A stretch of DNA of 64,000 nt from a bacterium (GTDB lineage: Bacteria; Bacteroidota; Ignavibacteria; UBA10030), in assembly GCA_043803945.1 (NCBI GenBank), contig JAZDJN010000087.1, positions 288,001 through 352,000 on the forward strand, written 5' to 3'. The position numbers were made by a program, and so were the translations under genes. Below the pieces are notes generated by a model. It saw nothing but the letters and a program-made list of their open reading frames with translations, was not told the origin of the DNA and made no database searches. Below, piece after piece: positions 20,266-28,929 of the stretch. Numbering within the stretch: the stretch's first letter is position 1; each line of letters starts with the position of its first letter.

Positions 20266-21981
20266 ATGAACCGAAGATTGATACCCCTTCTCTTTCTTCT
20301 TGTTGCATCCTTTAGTATTGCTGCTGCTCAACAAGATCTTCTGGCCGACATCCGAAATCTTTCTTCTGACGAAATAAAATTCGATGCCTTCAGGCTCGAT
20401 ACCGACCAGGAGGTGACTATCACCGGAACCGTTACCGGAGATCGTAACAGAAACGTCTATAACGATGTCTGGATTCTAAATACTCAAACCCGGGAAATTG
20501 TCTGGAAGTTGAAATATTCCAAGCGATCTTCGCGTTCCAGGGGATTAGTCGACTTTGACGATAAGCTCTCTCTGTCTAAGGGTGAATATGAAATCTATCT
20601 CTCAGCTTTTCCTTCCTATATTCAGGATGTTAACAACTTCGGTGATTTGATGGAACTGTTGACGGATAAGATTTTCCGCTCGAGTGATCGCGAGAGAAAC
20701 TACCGCCGCCTTGTCGTGACGGTGAAAGGAAGGGGTGTTCATTACGGTAACGAGGGGGTTGAGAAACTTCATGCCAGGCTTTGTGATGACGCCGTCGTCG
20801 CCATGACCAGGCAATCTCATGACGAGTACAGCAAACAGGGTTTCACGCTTGACAAACAGATGGAGTTGAATATCTACGCCATTGGAGAACTGCGCGACGA
20901 CGGGCAGTTCGATTTCGGCTGGATCATCAACACCAAAACGGGCGAACGTGTCTGGTCTATGGAGTACCGATCATCCAGCCATGCCGGCGGTGATAAGAAG
21001 AACAGGATGGTGAAGGAAACGATTACACTCCCGGCTGGATCCTACGCTGCACACTATGTCAGTGATGATTCCCATTCCTATGGCGATTGGAATGCGGCGC
21101 CACCGTTCGATCCGATGTTCTGGGGGTTGACCATTCACACAAAAGATCCGGCAATGAAAAAGTATACCCGCCTATTTGAATTCAATGCCTTTGAAGAAAA
21201 AAATGTCATTGCCAGCTTAACCCGTGTTCGCAGCGAGAAATTGGAATCGAAGGGGTTTACCCTGACCAAGCCCATGGATGTTCGCATCTATGCAATCGGG
21301 GAAGGATCCAACGACCGGATGGTTGATTACGGATGGATCGTCAACATGAAAACGCGTTCAAAGGTCTGGTCGATGGAGTATAACGAAACCACACATGCCG
21401 GCGGGGGCCAGAAAAACAGAATAGTCAATACCATTATCCATCTTGAGAAGGGAAGTTACATGGTGTACTATACCACGGACGACTCTCATGCCTACCGCGA
21501 TTGGAACACCGCCGCTCCGTACGATCCCGAACATTGGGGGATAACACTTTCTTCTGCCGACCCGGAATTTAATGCGACGAGTATCCGCCCGTATTCGGAG
21601 ACCGACGACCCGTCAATCCTTGCACGGCTTGTTGGTATTCGCGATGACGAGCGCCGCAAGCAATCCTTTAGCTTATCGAAGAAGAGCGATCTTCATCTCT
21701 ACGCTCTGGGTGAAGGGCGCGATGGCGACATGGTGGATTATGCATGGATTGAAGATGCCTCGACACGGAAAATTGTGTGGGAGATGACGTATCGTTCGAC
21801 TGAGCATGCTGGCGGGTCAAAAAAGAACCGTGTCTTCGATGGCACCATCACACTCCCCGCGGGCAAGTACATCCTCTTCTACGAATCGGATGGCTCGCAT
21901 TCATTCAACAACTGGAATGAAGACCCGCCTGACGATCCTTATCATTGGGGAGTAACGATTACACTCAAGAGGTCGGATTGA
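20266..21981 (+). CDS. Secreted hypothetical protein with four ~140-aa internal repeats
   Basis: Signal peptide; recurring F.L.K..D..IYAIGE, DYGWI, VW.M.Y, HAGG..KNR, SDDSH...WN..PP.DP..WG.TI blocks (first copy degenerate). Confidence 0.85.
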   Translation: MNRRLIPLLFLLVASFSIAAAQQDLLADIRNLSSDEIKFDAFRLDTDQEVTITGTVTGDRNRNVYNDVWILNTQTREIVWKLKYSKRSSRSRGLVDFDDKLSLSKGEYEIYLSAFPSYIQDVNNFGDLMELLTDKIFRSSDRERNYRRLVVTVKGRGVHYGNEGVEKLHARLCDDAVVAMTRQSHDEYSKQGFTLDKQMELNIYAIGELRDDGQFDFGWIINTKTGERVWSMEYRSSSHAGGDKKNRMVKETITLPAGSYAAHYVSDDSHSYGDWNAAPPFDPMFWGLTIHTKDPAMKKYTRLFEFNAFEEKNVIASLTRVRSEKLESKGFTLTKPMDVRIYAIGEGSNDRMVDYGWIVNMKTRSKVWSMEYNETTHAGGGQKNRIVNTIIHLEKGSYMVYYTTDDSHAYRDWNTAAPYDPEHWGITLSSADPEFNATSIRPYSETDDPSILARLVGIRDDERRKQSFSLSKKSDLHLYALGEGRDGDMVDYAWIEDASTRKIVWEMTYRSTEHAGGSKKNRVFDGTITLPAGKYILFYESDGSHSFNNWNEDPPDDPYHWGVTITLKRSD

Positions 21982-22007
21982 GAAAAAAGCGTTGACCTAG
22001 TCTAACG

Positions 22008-22034
22008 GCTGCTCGCTGATCACGGGCAGTTTTT
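22008..22034 (+). terminator. Rho-independent terminator
   Basis: GCTGCTCG-ctgatca-CGGGCAGT followed by a T-run, just after the 21981 stop. Confidence 0.6.
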
Positions 22035-22075
22035 GTTATCTATAACACAAAGGGTTTTCTCTCTTTCTACATTAA

Positions 22076-24934
22076 TCATCCCACCACACACACTCCTAAC
22101 AATCGTATACGAGCTCCAACGGGATTCTCGAGGGATGTTTTTATCTGTGATAGGATAGCACCGATGGCACCTTCGTAGGATTGACGAATCTTGTCCCACG
22201 GAAAGGTGTTCTTGGAAAATTCATATGTTACATCTGATGACTTCTTCTCTAATCGATTGACTAACCACTCGTCCGGCAATACATGAGCATCACCGCTAGG
22301 ACTGACCCGTATCATTTTCAGTTCTCTATGTTGCTTGCCACCCTCTAGGTCAACAGTAACTAGTGTCGTGATAACAGTGTAAGGTTCTTGATCAACGTCT
22401 GTCCGATGGAAGAACGTTGTGTCTCCTGGAGTGATGAGTTCCTGGCCTTGAGCGAGAAGGGCATCAATTAAGGGATGACCCAATCCAAGAAGTTCTGCAG
22501 AGCGCTTTCTCATCGCAGTATTGCGGTCAAATGTAGCAAGTTGATATTTTGGCAAGACACTTGGATGTTTCTGTAATATTTTTGGCGTAATGATTTCGGA
22601 AAACTCTCCCCGGGGCAAGATGGAACCGCCCATGCGAAGTATTGCAGCTTCGGCAAACTGCCTTAGGTCGTCAAGCGAAAAACTCCCCTCAATTTTCAAA
22701 TAGTCTTGGAGATTAAATGTTGTTAAATCCATTGTCAGATTTTTTAATGCATCAATTGCTTGATATGCATTCCTCAACGCTTCTTCGATTTCTTTCGCTG
22801 TACGTTGGTAATCTGTATTAACAAGAGCATTCCGATACCATTCCAGATAGTGCGGAGCGGATCCCATATAGCCTAAGATCTCTGATCTAAAATCTTCTCT
22901 CGGTTCACCGGTGAGTTCATCAAGTTTACCAATCTGGGTGGCGATCTCTTTTAATTTATCATCCAGCATCAGGTAAATGTTTTCTTCTACCGTCCCCTCA
23001 GCAATGAGATTGTAAACCTGCACAGTATCTTTCTGTCCATAGCGGTGAATTCGACCAATGCGCTGCTCAACAGCCATTGGATTCCAGGGTAAGTCATAGT
23101 TGAAAAGAATATGGCCGATTTGGAGATTAATTCCCTCACCTCCGGCCGAGGTGCAAATGAGAAATTGTGCACCATTCTCCTCCCAAAACCGTTCTTTGGC
23201 TTCAATCTTATCGTCTAATGGACCGCCCTTGATGTGGGTTACTTTATCTGTTCCATAGATAGCCTGGAGTTTTTCTTCGAGGAAGAGCAGGGTTTCAACA
23301 TACTGCGTAAAGATGACAAACTTCTCATCTGGATTTTCTATGCGAATAGTATCAACTGCTCTTGTGAGAGTGTCAAATTTTCGATCTGTCCCGGAAGGAA
23401 CCAGATTAAGAAGGTTGGCTACTTTCGCGACTTCGTTTGGTATTGTCGCATCTGCATAAATTCCTTCATCGCCGTCTTCATCACCATCGAGCGACCACGA
23501 AGTTGTTTCATCTGGAGGAAGATAAGCTCGGCTAACTTTCTGACGGATCTGTGCAATAAACGTGTCGATATCGGCTTGTCTTGATGGAGTATTTGGTATC
23601 GCCTCAATTTCTGATGCAAGTTGACGCATTTCATCCTGCAACCGAAGGATCTCATCGGAGAGTTTAGCCGTAGAATGTCCTTTCCGACGCTTGTTTTCCA
23701 GTTCAAGCTGTTGTCGTATGAGAAGAACAAGAAGTCGTCGCCGGAGAGCTTGCCTGATAGCTCGCGTACTTGATGACATGATCTTTTGGAATGTTGTCAT
23801 CACAAAGCCAATGGCACGCTGTGCTGTTGTGGTTTTACCGCCATTTTCCCCGAGGCCTGCTCGTGTATAGCCCTCTTTTAAATACTCTGTAAGCTTGTCG
23901 TAAAAGACTTGCTCTCGCATAGCCAATTGGAAAGATTGTGTATGAACCTGGCGACGCATGAAGATAGGGTTACCATCTTTATCTGTTACATCACGCTTTG
24001 TCCGGCGTATCATCACCTTGTTTAAAAAGCCTCTATGGAGAGAAAGCGATTCCTCTGAATCGAAGAGGGTATCGTCGAGAAGCTGAATTAACGACCAAAA
24101 TTGAAAGCCATTGCCTTGATGAGGTGTTGCCGAGAGGAAGAAGAGATCTTTCGTATGATTCTTTATAGCCTCGGCAAATTTATAGTTCAACGTTGATTGA
24201 ATTTTCTTCCCATATCGAAGCCTCGTGAGATGATGAGCTTCATCGAACACAACAATATCCCACCGTGGTCCCCCTAAGAGACGTTCCATTCGCTGTATGC
24301 GCTTGAGGGCATCAATCGAAGCAATAACTCGATGGTGAGATTCCCACGAAGCAGGGGAGTGATCGGTAAAATCGATTCCGAGGATTTCAAAATCTAGCCT
24401 GAAAGCATCGCGAAGCTCACTCTGCCAGTTTTTGATGAGCCCCGCAGGAGTAATGATAAGAATTCGATTGGACTCCCTCCGTGTAATGAGTTCACGAAGG
24501 ATCATTCCCATTTCGATTGTTTTTCCCAATCCAACTTCGTCTCCGACCAGCAGGCGACGATGGGGCATCGAAACGACATCTCTTGTTATCAGTATTTGAT
24601 GGGGAAGCAGGTCGGTTCTACTGTTCGAAAGTTGCCCTCCGGCATTTTGCAGTGGAAGCTGAAATGATAGTTGTTTCAATAAAAAATCGATCGGTTTATC
24701 ATAATCCCCGATTTTCACCCGTTCCCATAAATCGGGAGCCGGCTCAAGACGTTCTATGGGGAAACTGTGAAGATGACGCCCCGTTCCATCTTCATACATA
24801 ACGTCAGCCTGGTAGCTTCCATAAATATCACTCACACGATAGACTTCCACGATGCCAAGATCTTCCCGGCCTCGAATACGTACTCTTTCGCCAACCTTTG
24901 GACGATAGAGAGTTTGATTATCTGTCAACTGCAT
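22076..24934 (-). CDS. SNF2/RapA-like SF2 helicase (defence-associated)
   Basis: LLPHQ, LLVGDEVGLGKTIE (I), IVVFDEAHHL (II), FLSATPHQG (III), GGEGINLQ (V), YDLPWNPMAVEQRIGRIHRYGQ (VI). Start is ATG 24934 or TTG 24928 after AGGAG; the ORF-track extension to 25048 is repeat DNA. Confidence 0.9.
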   Translation of the reverse strand: MQLTDNQTLYRPKVGERVRIRGREDLGIVEVYRVSDIYGSYQADVMYEDGTGRHLHSFPIERLEPAPDLWERVKIGDYDKPIDFLLKQLSFQLPLQNAGGQLSNSRTDLLPHQILITRDVVSMPHRRLLVGDEVGLGKTIEMGMILRELITRRESNRILIITPAGLIKNWQSELRDAFRLDFEILGIDFTDHSPASWESHHRVIASIDALKRIQRMERLLGGPRWDIVVFDEAHHLTRLRYGKKIQSTLNYKFAEAIKNHTKDLFFLSATPHQGNGFQFWSLIQLLDDTLFDSEESLSLHRGFLNKVMIRRTKRDVTDKDGNPIFMRRQVHTQSFQLAMREQVFYDKLTEYLKEGYTRAGLGENGGKTTTAQRAIGFVMTTFQKIMSSSTRAIRQALRRRLLVLLIRQQLELENKRRKGHSTAKLSDEILRLQDEMRQLASEIEAIPNTPSRQADIDTFIAQIRQKVSRAYLPPDETTSWSLDGDEDGDEGIYADATIPNEVAKVANLLNLVPSGTDRKFDTLTRAVDTIRIENPDEKFVIFTQYVETLLFLEEKLQAIYGTDKVTHIKGGPLDDKIEAKERFWEENGAQFLICTSAGGEGINLQIGHILFNYDLPWNPMAVEQRIGRIHRYGQKDTVQVYNLIAEGTVEENIYLMLDDKLKEIATQIGKLDELTGEPREDFRSEILGYMGSAPHYLEWYRNALVNTDYQRTAKEIEEALRNAYQAIDALKNLTMDLTTFNLQDYLKIEGSFSLDDLRQFAEAAILRMGGSILPRGEFSEIITPKILQKHPSVLPKYQLATFDRNTAMRKRSAELLGLGHPLIDALLAQGQELITPGDTTFFHRTDVDQEPYTVITTLVTVDLEGGKQHRELKMIRVSPSGDAHVLPDEWLVNRLEKKSSDVTYEFSKNTFPWDKIRQSYEGAIGAILSQIKTSLENPVGARIRLLGVCVVG

Positions 24935-24947
24935 CTCCTGGATGATG

Positions 24948-25261
24948 GAACACTGATTACACTGATGCGACCGATTTTCACTGATGTGTGTTGATCGTGT
25001 TCTTTTCTGTGTTATCGGTGTTCTATAAAATTGGAACACTGATGACACCGATTCAACTGATTTTTACCGATCTGCCTGCCCGCCATGCCTTCGCGTTTTG
25101 TGCGTCCGCCATCTTTTTGGCGGAACCTTTTGGCGGGTGATCATCGTGTGTTTTTCTGTGTCATCTGTGTTCCATTCTTAAATCGGAACACCGATCACAC
25201 CGATGCAACTGATTTTCACAGATCTGTTTACATCGTGTGCTTTTCTGTGCTATCGGTGTTC
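24948..25261. repeat. Three tandem 76-bp palindromic units downstream of GxxExxY
   Basis: GAACAC...GTGTTC units at 24948-25023, 25034-25172 (76 bp after removing a 63-bp insertion) and 25186-25261; spacers 10 and 13 bp. Confidence 0.9.
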
Positions 25262-25645
25262 TATTTCCTTGCGATCGTTTGTAAATATCTTCCGCCGTAT
25301 TTCAGGTTTCTTGCCAAAATTTAGCAGCAATCCGATTTCGATATTGGTTGCCTTGAGGTAGTTAATGAGTTGTGTTTCGTGTTCTTCAACCATTCCTTCG
25401 GCAGCCTTCAACTCCAATATCACCACATTATTAACAACAATATCGGCAAAGTAATCACCAACCAACTCTCCTCGATAATGGACTTTAATTGGTTGTTGAT
25501 TTTTCGCTACCAAACCTTCACGAGCGAGTTCTATGATCATTGACCGTTCATACACTTTTTCTAGAAATCCATATCCCAGTCTATTATAAACTTCATAGAA
25601 GCAGGCAATAATTTTCTCCGTCAATTCGTGGTGTAAATATTCCAT
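25250..25645 (-). CDS. GxxExxY protein (PD-(D/E)xK nuclease superfamily)
   Basis: LGYGFLEKVYE, YFADIVV...VILELKA, QLINYLKAT...GLLLNFG; GGAGG SD. Confidence 0.92.
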   Translation of the reverse strand: MEYLHHELTEKIIACFYEVYNRLGYGFLEKVYERSMIIELAREGLVAKNQQPIKVHYRGELVGDYFADIVVNNVVILELKAAEGMVEEHETQLINYLKATNIEIGLLLNFGKKPEIRRKIFTNDRKEIEHR

Positions 25646-25668
25646 ACTTTCCTCCCTTAAAAGAAAGC

Positions 25669-26031
25669 GAACACTGATGACTTCAATCTAACTTATCTTT
25701 ATAGATCGGTGAACATCATGTGTTTTTCCGTGTCATCTGTGTTCTATTCTTAAATCGGAATACTGATAGCCCAGATGCAACCGATTTTCACCGATCTGTG
25801 TTGATCGTGTTCTTTTCTGTGCTATCTGTGTTCCATTTCTTTAAGATATAGAACACTGATGACACCGATGATACTGATTTTCACAGATCTGTGTACACCG
25901 TGTGCTTTTCTGTGTTATCGGTGTTCTATTTTTAGAGAACATTGATGACACTGAAAAATCTGATTTATACCGATCTGTGAAACTCATGTTCAATCTGTGT
26001 TATCAGCCTGCCTGCCGGCAGGCAGGTGTTC
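25669..26031. repeat. Four tandem 75-76-bp palindromic units upstream of GxxExxY
   Basis: Units at 25669-25744, 25758-25833, 25851-25926 (76 bp each) and 25937-26031 (75 bp plus a 20-bp CCTGCCTGCCGGCAGGCAGG insert); spacers 13, 17 and 10 bp. Confidence 0.9.
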
Positions 26032-26667
26032 TATCTTTCTGATAAGTTTATTGAGTTCTTTCTGAATCTCTTCTTTTATCGTCTTCCAGGTTACTTTCCA
26101 TACCATACGCGGCATGCGCACATTATCTGCATCATCAAAATAGCTGAGGCCGCGAAAAACAGGAAACAGGTCGGCTTCGGGAAACTTCTTGTTGTACATA
26201 CTCATCATGTGCTGCAATGAGCAATGTTTTTTTTCGAGAGCATACACGTCGATGAAGTCCTTTTTCGAGCCTCGGGATGCAATCGCAGAGAGTTTCATGC
26301 AGGCAAGATCGTCGAGGGATGCGAGTGAGCAGCCAACAGATTTCCACTCCACTAATGGACTTATTATGGTATATGGATACTCAATTATGGATATCCTGAC
26401 TCCACCGATCGTAGCATAGAACGTACCCTCATCGATATTCACGGCCAGGGGAATCATCCCTGCGCTTTTGATTTTGTTGGTCCATGAAGCCGGATCGCGA
26501 ATGCTGACCGGAGAGAACCAATCCAGATCAACAGACTTCCTATGACCAAGCATAAGCGCGATGGCTGTTCCGCCAGCGAGATAGAAACCGTGTCCTGAGA
26601 GGAATGGCCCGAGTCGTTTGAGAAGCTTGAACTGAGGTGAAGAAAGAGTCTCCTGGAAATATTTCAT
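25990..26667 (-). CDS. AbiEii/AbiGii-family nucleotidyltransferase toxin (type IV TA)
   Basis: FYLAGGTAIALMLGHRKSVDLDWF, DLACMKLSAIASRGSKKDFIDVY, LSYFDDA. ATG 26667 overlaps the upstream stop (ATGA); alternative start 26688. Confidence 0.88.
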   Translation of the reverse strand: MKYFQETLSSPQFKLLKRLGPFLSGHGFYLAGGTAIALMLGHRKSVDLDWFSPVSIRDPASWTNKIKSAGMIPLAVNIDEGTFYATIGGVRISIIEYPYTIISPLVEWKSVGCSLASLDDLACMKLSAIASRGSKKDFIDVYALEKKHCSLQHMMSMYNKKFPEADLFPVFRGLSYFDDADNVRMPRMVWKVTWKTIKEEIQKELNKLIRKIEHLPAGRQADNTD

Positions 26668-26999
26668 CGCTGTCCTCGTGCTTGCCATGGGTTAGAACTC
26701 TCCCCCGCTATCCAAACATCTACCTTATCCTTGGGCAGGTTCAATGCAAGTTGCCAGAACCGCAATCTCTTCGGATCCAGACCGGCACCCTGACGCTGGA
26801 GCATCCAACTTTTGAGCCAGGCGTTGCCTGTGGTTGCAATGAGCCACTTCACGGAATCCCATCCGCCCGCCTCAAGAACCTTCCGAATAATCAACTCAGA
26901 ATCTTGCTGCCAGGAGAGCGATTTCTTTGGATATTCCCAAAAGAGATCAAGAACATGTTTGGGGATTTTTACACGTTTTCGGATTAGAGTATTGTTCAT
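26664..26999 (-). CDS. DUF6922-like antitoxin partner of AbiEii
   Basis: LFWEY....L......ELIIRKVLE.G.W..VKWL...G motif, LDPKRLRFW; translationally coupled to the AbiEii gene; GGAG SD before ATG 26999. Confidence 0.7.
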   Translation of the reverse strand: MNNTLIRKRVKIPKHVLDLFWEYPKKSLSWQQDSELIIRKVLEAGGWDSVKWLIATTGNAWLKSWMLQRQGAGLDPKRLRFWQLALNLPKDKVDVWIAGESSNPWQARGQR

Positions 27000-27019
27000 A
27001 AATCTCCGATCATTGAATA

Positions 27020-27176
27020 GCACACCCGCCTGCGTGCCTTCGGAGGGCGGGCAGATGACACCGAAAAAATTGATTTACACCCGCCATAAAGAACGGCGGG
27101 CAAGCTGATCTGCCTGCTCGCCATGCCTTACCTTTTGGCGAGTGAGTATCGTGTCCAATCAGTGTCATCAGTGTTC
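27020..27176. repeat. Eighth palindromic unit (75 bp) carrying three small hairpin insertions
   Basis: Removing 27026-27052, 27081-27105 and 27112-27141 leaves GCACACAGATGACACCGAAAAAATTGATTTACACTGATCTGTGAGTATCGTGTCCAATCAGTGTCATCAGTGTTC. Confidence 0.8.
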
Positions 27177-27674
27177 TAAAATATCGTTCGGTGAGTATAA
27201 AATGATGCCGCGCACGTTAGACAATTGTCGATCAGCACTGGCTATAGCCTGGATACGTAAGCGATCTGCAATCGCAATGAACAGAGCATCGTTGGTCAGC
27301 AGTCCATACTCTCGTTGAAGTCTCAGTGCAGCAGGAAAATCTTCAGCCACAAGAGACTCAAACTTGAACCCACTCGCAAGTAATCCCTTAACTATATCAG
27401 AATACCGATTCATAAGACGAACTCGATCGGGGCGCTCTGAAAGAGATCTGTCAGGATTCCCTCCAGTCGTCCATGCATTGTCCCGTGCTTCGACCATCAT
27501 CAACCTATGCATTACCTCCGCAAGTTGTTGGAGCCCAACTATTCCGATCACATCCCTTTCAGCGCAGCGCCGAAGAAGTTTTGTACATTGTTCGGACCTA
27601 TGAAGAACTCCATAGACAAGAACATTTGCATCCAGGAGGACAATATCAGACTTTTTGATTTCGTTGAGATTCAT
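27168..27674 (-). CDS. PIN-domain (VapC-like) toxin
   Basis: VLLDANVL, LAEVMH, YGLLTNDALFIA, IASADRQL acidic PIN residues. Confidence 0.88.
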   Translation of the reverse strand: MNLNEIKKSDIVLLDANVLVYGVLHRSEQCTKLLRRCAERDVIGIVGLQQLAEVMHRLMMVEARDNAWTTGGNPDRSLSERPDRVRLMNRYSDIVKGLLASGFKFESLVAEDFPAALRLQREYGLLTNDALFIAIADRLRIQAIASADRQLSNVRGIILYSPNDILEH

Positions 27675-27943
27675 TGTTCGTAGTAATCCTCCTCCATTAT
27701 TTCCCTTAAGTCATCAGTTGAGATGTTGAACTTAATAGCAAGGAGGGATTCAAGCGCTTTCAATCGTAACTCCCTACCGAGTGATTCTTCCTGATCATAC
27801 TTGAGCACTGCTTCTTCAATAATTGTGCTGATCGGCTTACCGTCCCTGATTGAACGTTGTTTCAACTTATCAACAATACCTTTATCAAGGATCGTGCCAA
27901 TTTTAACTTTGGATCGTTCGGCAGTATCTCTCTTTGTTTGCAT
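27671..27943 (-). CDS. Putative antitoxin (ribbon-helix-helix-like)
   Basis: 90 aa, KVKIGTILDKGIVDKLKQRS..DGKPISTIIEEAV, acidic tail; ATGA overlap with the PIN gene. Confidence 0.7.
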   Translation of the reverse strand: MQTKRDTAERSKVKIGTILDKGIVDKLKQRSIRDGKPISTIIEEAVLKYDQEESLGRELRLKALESLLAIKFNISTDDLREIMEEDYYEQ

Positions 27944-27953
27944 GACTTACTCC

Positions 27954-28928
27954 TTAATTTGAATATTGTAGTTCTATGTCTGGTGTCAACATCTCCATTA
28001 ACGACATTCCGCCATGACGAAATATTTTGCTTGCGCTAGATCCTTGTGGTCTGTTTTTAATACGCCCCCTCAGCATAGCGAGTCGTTTGTGAGTAAGAAT
28101 TTGGAGTTCTGGGTAAGTCAAATTTAAGTCTTCATTCTCCTCGAAGATCCGAAACCGATTGTTATTAATGACATCAAGAGCTTTATCTGATTTCAACTCG
28201 GATTCATATCCGGCATGGAGATATACATATCCATGATCGCTCGTTATAATGATTCGATAATCACGGGGAATACTTAATACGATGTTTTTCCAGGCAACAT
28301 CAAATTGTTTCATAATGGCATCGAAGTGGCCAGAGGACTTTGCTTCGAAGTTCATATAGGTGCCATCTGGAAAACTCGACCAAAGGAGCAGGGGTGAGTC
28401 TGTATTTGGAAATTCATAATGACGAATTAGAGTGTCGTAATGACGGGCGATAATTTGTCTATCCTTGAATTCCTTTCGAGTTCTAAGTTGCGATGGTCCA
28501 ATTCTCTTTCCCAAAAGACGTTGATCGATATATGAGACGGTATCACTTGGCAGGGCAGCGTAACCATATCGGATTGAAGCTATTGAGAAATTAGTTTTTA
28601 ATGCAAGTATTTCAAGAAGCGGAAGTTCCCTTATAGAAACACCATCAAATACCACGATGGCAGTTTTAGGAGACTGAAGTTCATCTAAAAGTGATGGTGA
28701 TGATTCAGATGCAGCTACAATTTCATCGTAGATTCCAGTGGCGGCATTCAAAATGAGATCTTCGACAGCTTTTATTTTCTTTTCTCCCGATTCCAGGTAC
28801 TCTTGTGAATCGAAGTACTCAAAGCGTTCTTTCGACCATACCTCCTGAACGAGCCATTTCTCTAAAGATGGCAATCGCTGTCCACTGGAATAGAGAATAT
28901 CATAGATATTTCGAATACTTGAATTCAT
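27954..28928 (-). CDS. Stand-alone PglZ-like alkaline-phosphatase-superfamily protein
   Basis: IVVFDGVSIRELP, ALPSDT, IIITSDHGY, FRHGGMSLMEMLTP match the PglZ D, LPS.T, SDHG and HGG.S..E...P motifs. Confidence 0.8.
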   Translation of the reverse strand: MNSSIRNIYDILYSSGQRLPSLEKWLVQEVWSKERFEYFDSQEYLESGEKKIKAVEDLILNAATGIYDEIVAASESSPSLLDELQSPKTAIVVFDGVSIRELPLLEILALKTNFSIASIRYGYAALPSDTVSYIDQRLLGKRIGPSQLRTRKEFKDRQIIARHYDTLIRHYEFPNTDSPLLLWSSFPDGTYMNFEAKSSGHFDAIMKQFDVAWKNIVLSIPRDYRIIITSDHGYVYLHAGYESELKSDKALDVINNNRFRIFEENEDLNLTYPELQILTHKRLAMLRGRIKNRPQGSSASKIFRHGGMSLMEMLTPDIELQYSN

Positions 28929-28929
28929 C

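Noticed and set aside
24935-25324. N-terminal extension of SNF2 to 25048 and ORF 25085-25324
   Set aside because: Both are translations of the repeat array; the SD sits at the 24934/24928 start.
24948-26031. CRISPR array
   Set aside because: Units are 76 bp and divergent, linkers are only 10-17 bp and partly identical, and there are no cas genes.
24948-27176. Canonical integron attC sites
   Set aside because: Ends are GAACAC/GTGTTC rather than RYYYAAC/GTTRRRY, and no tyrosine-recombinase gene is in the window; only the architecture is analogous.
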